Source of the DNA: a candidate division WOR-3 bacterium
GTDB taxonomy: Bacteria > Hydrothermota > Tepidihabitantia > SM23-42
Assembly: GCA_020341755.1 (NCBI GenBank)
Contig: CP070834.1
Location: forward strand, 1 to 56,436
DNA length: 56,436 bases
Direction: 5' to 3'
The position numbers and the translations under genes were made by a program. Positions 53,909 to 56,436 of the stretch are shown here, piece by piece. Within the stretch, counting starts at the first letter, position 1. Every line of letters begins with the position of its first letter. A model generated the notes under the pieces. The model was not told the origin of the DNA. It made no database searches and was given only the letters and a program-made list of their open reading frames with translations.

Positions 53909-56239
53909 ATGCTGGTATCTTTACGTTGGCTTGAAGAGCTGCTCAATACACACATAAATGCCGACCATCTCAGGAAACAGGTACTTTCCCTGGGATTGGA
54001 AATAGAGGACGTGCAGCATACTGCGCCAGAGGGCATACTGATCGGTGCGATAGACTCGATGCAGCCGCATCCTGGTAAGAAGAATCTCAGTGTCCTTGAT
54101 ATCGTGATTGACAAACACTATCAGATCGTAACCGCGGCAAAAAATGTGAAACCCGGTGACCGGCTACTCGTTGGACTCGCAGGAGTTACGCTCGCAGGGC
54201 AACGTGTTGCCGAGAAAAAATTCGGCGGTATCACATCACACGGTGTGCTTGTGAGTGAGCAGGAACTGGGTCTTGCCGAACGTTCGACCGGGGTCATCAC
54301 GTTGGAACGCGGTTCAGCAGGTCAGCGTTTTACAGACGTCTTTGATGATTGTATTCTCGACATGAGCACGACACCGAATCGCCCGGACTGGTTATCGGTC
54401 GAAGGTATCGCGCGTGACCTGGCAACCCTGTTCGACATCGATTACGCAAAACGGTCTTCAACAGAAAAATTCTACAAACAGCCGCAGCGCAACCGTATCG
54501 GTAACTATAAGCTTAAAATAAGTGACAAAAAGGGATGCCCGCGCTATACGGCACGCATTTTCGAGGATATCACGGTCGCTCAGTCTCCGTTCTGGATGAA
54601 GTGGCGTCTGCACTGTATGGGTATGAATGCGGTCAATAATGTCGTCGACATTACAAACATCTGCATGCTTCTCACCGGTCAGCCCCTCCATCCCTTTGAT
54701 CTCGATCTGTTGACCGGCGGTATAACCATACGCAGAGCGCATGCCGGCGAGACCTTCACCACCCTTGAAGGTACTCGTCACACGCTGGACAAGAACGACC
54801 TTTTAATTGCCGATAAACAGAATCCCATCGCCCTTGCCGGTGTTATCGGAGCTCAGCGTGCTCAGATATCACCGAAAACGACGCGGGTACTTCTGGAAAG
54901 CGCGTATTTCGATCCCAAGAGGATCGCGCATACCGCGCGTCGCCTGGGCATCACGACCGAAGCCTCGACACGCTTCGAAGAAACTGCCGACCTTGCGGTC
55001 ATCGATGCGGTATCGGCGATGGCAGGTGGACTGTTCAAAAAATATTGCAGTGCGAAAGAAAAAGAATTCGTCGCATCGGGTGAACGTGCACGTTCGGTCC
55101 GCATACGGTTCTCTCCTGCACGCATGAATACCGTTCTCTCCCTCAAACTGTCAGTGCCGCAGACGAAACGGTTGCTGAAAAAAATTAATATCACAGCGAC
55201 CGGTAACACCACACTCGTCGCAAAAATACCGCATTACCGGCGCGATCTGCGCATCGAGGAAGATATTTTCGAGGAAGTTGGGCGTGTCTATGGTTACATG
55301 AATATACCAGAAGTACCGCCGAAGCGATGGGGTGGCCAGGTGACCATTAACCGACAGCGTCATCTCGAAGAGAAAATCATGCATCACCTCATCGGTCGAG
55401 GTTTCAGCGAGACATACACACTCTCGCTCCTGGCGAGCACACGACTTGAGGAAATGGGCTTCAATTCGTTCGTCAAACTCAGGAATCCACTCAACGAGCG
55501 CTTCGATGCCCTGCGCCCGTCTCTGTTCGTCGGTCTGCTCGACTGCGTGAATTTCAATTTGACAAAAGGCAATCGCTCCCTGCAGCTGTTTGAGATCGGC
55601 AACATATTGTTATCAGAGCCCCCATTCCAGGAAAAAAGACTCGGCGTTATCATGGGGGGTAAACGGTATCCGCATTTCTGGGATCAACACAACGCACCCA
55701 TTACCTACTATGATGCAAAAGGTGTTCTGGAAGGCATTTTTCACATGCTGCATATAGATGATATTGAATTCAAGCGTATGGACCAGCAGGGGTTCACCCA
55801 GGCAGTGAGGGTATGCCATGGAAGCAAAGATCTGGGCTACCTTGGGGTCATAGAACAAGATCTCATTGCTGAACCCTATTTCTATTTCGAGCTTTCGCTG
55901 GAATCCCTCTTTGCTCCGGTGAGTGAACCTTTCTATCTCCCGCCGGCAAAGTACCCGGCGAACACGAGAGATCTGTCCTTTCTCGTCAACGGCAATGTCG
56001 ATGTCCCTGATGTTATCAAGGTCATTAAAAAAGTCGGTGGACCGGTTCTGGAAAAAGTGATACTGTTTGATTATTACAAAGGAGAAGCCATCGAACGCCA
56101 CAAGAAGAATATCGGGTTCCGACTGTATTTCCGGGCACCGGACCGTACCCTCACAGATATGGAAGTGGACAGATTTGTAAAAAAAATCGAACATGACATC
56201 ACGCAGACATTTGATGCACATTTAAGAAAAAGGGAGTGA
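53909..56239 (+). CDS. pheT: Phenylalanine--tRNA ligase beta subunit
   Basis: MLVSLRWLEELL N-terminus, tRNA-binding, B3/4, B5 and FDX-ACB domain order, ~776 aa. Confidence 0.95.
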   Translation: MLVSLRWLEELLNTHINADHLRKQVLSLGLEIEDVQHTAPEGILIGAIDSMQPHPGKKNLSVLDIVIDKHYQIVTAAKNVKPGDRLLVGLAGVTLAGQRVAEKKFGGITSHGVLVSEQELGLAERSTGVITLERGSAGQRFTDVFDDCILDMSTTPNRPDWLSVEGIARDLATLFDIDYAKRSSTEKFYKQPQRNRIGNYKLKISDKKGCPRYTARIFEDITVAQSPFWMKWRLHCMGMNAVNNVVDITNICMLLTGQPLHPFDLDLLTGGITIRRAHAGETFTTLEGTRHTLDKNDLLIADKQNPIALAGVIGAQRAQISPKTTRVLLESAYFDPKRIAHTARRLGITTEASTRFEETADLAVIDAVSAMAGGLFKKYCSAKEKEFVASGERARSVRIRFSPARMNTVLSLKLSVPQTKRLLKKINITATGNTTLVAKIPHYRRDLRIEEDIFEEVGRVYGYMNIPEVPPKRWGGQVTINRQRHLEEKIMHHLIGRGFSETYTLSLLASTRLEEMGFNSFVKLRNPLNERFDALRPSLFVGLLDCVNFNLTKGNRSLQLFEIGNILLSEPPFQEKRLGVIMGGKRYPHFWDQHNAPITYYDAKGVLEGIFHMLHIDDIEFKRMDQQGFTQAVRVCHGSKDLGYLGVIEQDLIAEPYFYFELSLESLFAPVSEPFYLPPAKYPANTRDLSFLVNGNVDVPDVIKVIKKVGGPVLEKVILFDYYKGEAIERHKKNIGFRLYFRAPDRTLTDMEVDRFVKKIEHDITQTFDAHLRKRE

Positions 56240-56242
56240 ACG

Positions 56243-56419
56243 TTGGACGAACTAATTAAGTTGGAAGAAAAGATCGAATCGTTAGTAGCAGTTATAAATG
56301 ATTTGAAGCAAAAGGTCGAGGATTTTGAAGCAAAGAATTCGAGACTGCTCGCTCGAGATAAAGATATTAAATCTAAAATTGAAGGTCTGATCGAGAAGAT
56401 CGACAGCCTTCTTTTCTGA
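56243..56419 (+). CDS. Small coiled-coil protein, 58 aa (ZapB-like cell-division factor candidate)
   Basis: Below the track cutoff. GGGAG lies 6 nt before TTG 56243. My own translation is LDELIKLEEKIESLVAVINDLKQKVEDFEAKNSRLLARDKDIKSKIEGLIEKIDSLLF with heptad periodicity, ending at TGA 56417-56419. Confidence 0.45.
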   Translation: MDELIKLEEKIESLVAVINDLKQKVEDFEAKNSRLLARDKDIKSKIEGLIEKIDSLLF

Positions 56420-56436
56420 GGAGATAGTGTAATGCC

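Overview
Compact, almost fully coding bacterial chromosome segment with about 58 protein-coding genes and no rRNA, tRNA, CRISPR array, transposase or integrase that I could find. Most genes are housekeeping. They cover translation (thrS-infC-rpmI-rplT-pheST, obg, miaA, tgt, rsmD), cell envelope (mltG, uppP, a UbiA-family prenyltransferase, a GlmU-like nucleotidyltransferase), the SAM cycle (metK-ahcY), threonine catabolism (tdh...kbl), CoA/ACP metabolism (coaD, acpS, acs), and type IV pilus and competence genes (pilMNOPQ, pilD, dprA). Promoters are strikingly canonical: TTGACA, 16 nt, TATAAT. Several place the -10 box only 5-6 nt from the ATG, which implies leaderless mRNAs. The gene content (CarboxypepD_reg-type TonB-dependent receptor, pil genes, short AhcY) suggests an uncultivated Gram-negative lineage, but I cannot assign taxonomy from sequence alone. 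The best candidate for an undescribed system is at 37.0-40.5 kb. There an ARPP-1/DUF6569-like protein sits directly upstream of one polypeptide that fuses an intact Hanks Ser/Thr kinase to an intact UvrD-type helicase. Both lie at the end of a co-directional block that starts with a TonB-dependent receptor and two duplicated Fn3-like lipoproteins. Other items worth a second look: (1) a tandem pair of large paralogous proteins with divergent class III cyclase-like domains at 1-3964; (2) a promoter-to-terminator ~130 nt structured RNA ahead of a 56-aa ORF at 10.8-11.2 kb; (3) a carrier protein plus PPTase embedded in the tdh/acs/kbl operon; (4) an A9-tract frameshift in tgt; (5) a 50-aa poly-lysine ORF built from 18-bp repeats on a polypurine tract; (6) an nfeD operon that lacks an SPFH partner and instead encodes a ComEA-like HhH domain fused to a predicted beta-barrel; (7) a 15-bp inverted repeat bracketing the divergent metK/receptor promoters. 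All family assignments come from motif recognition by eye. No searches were run.
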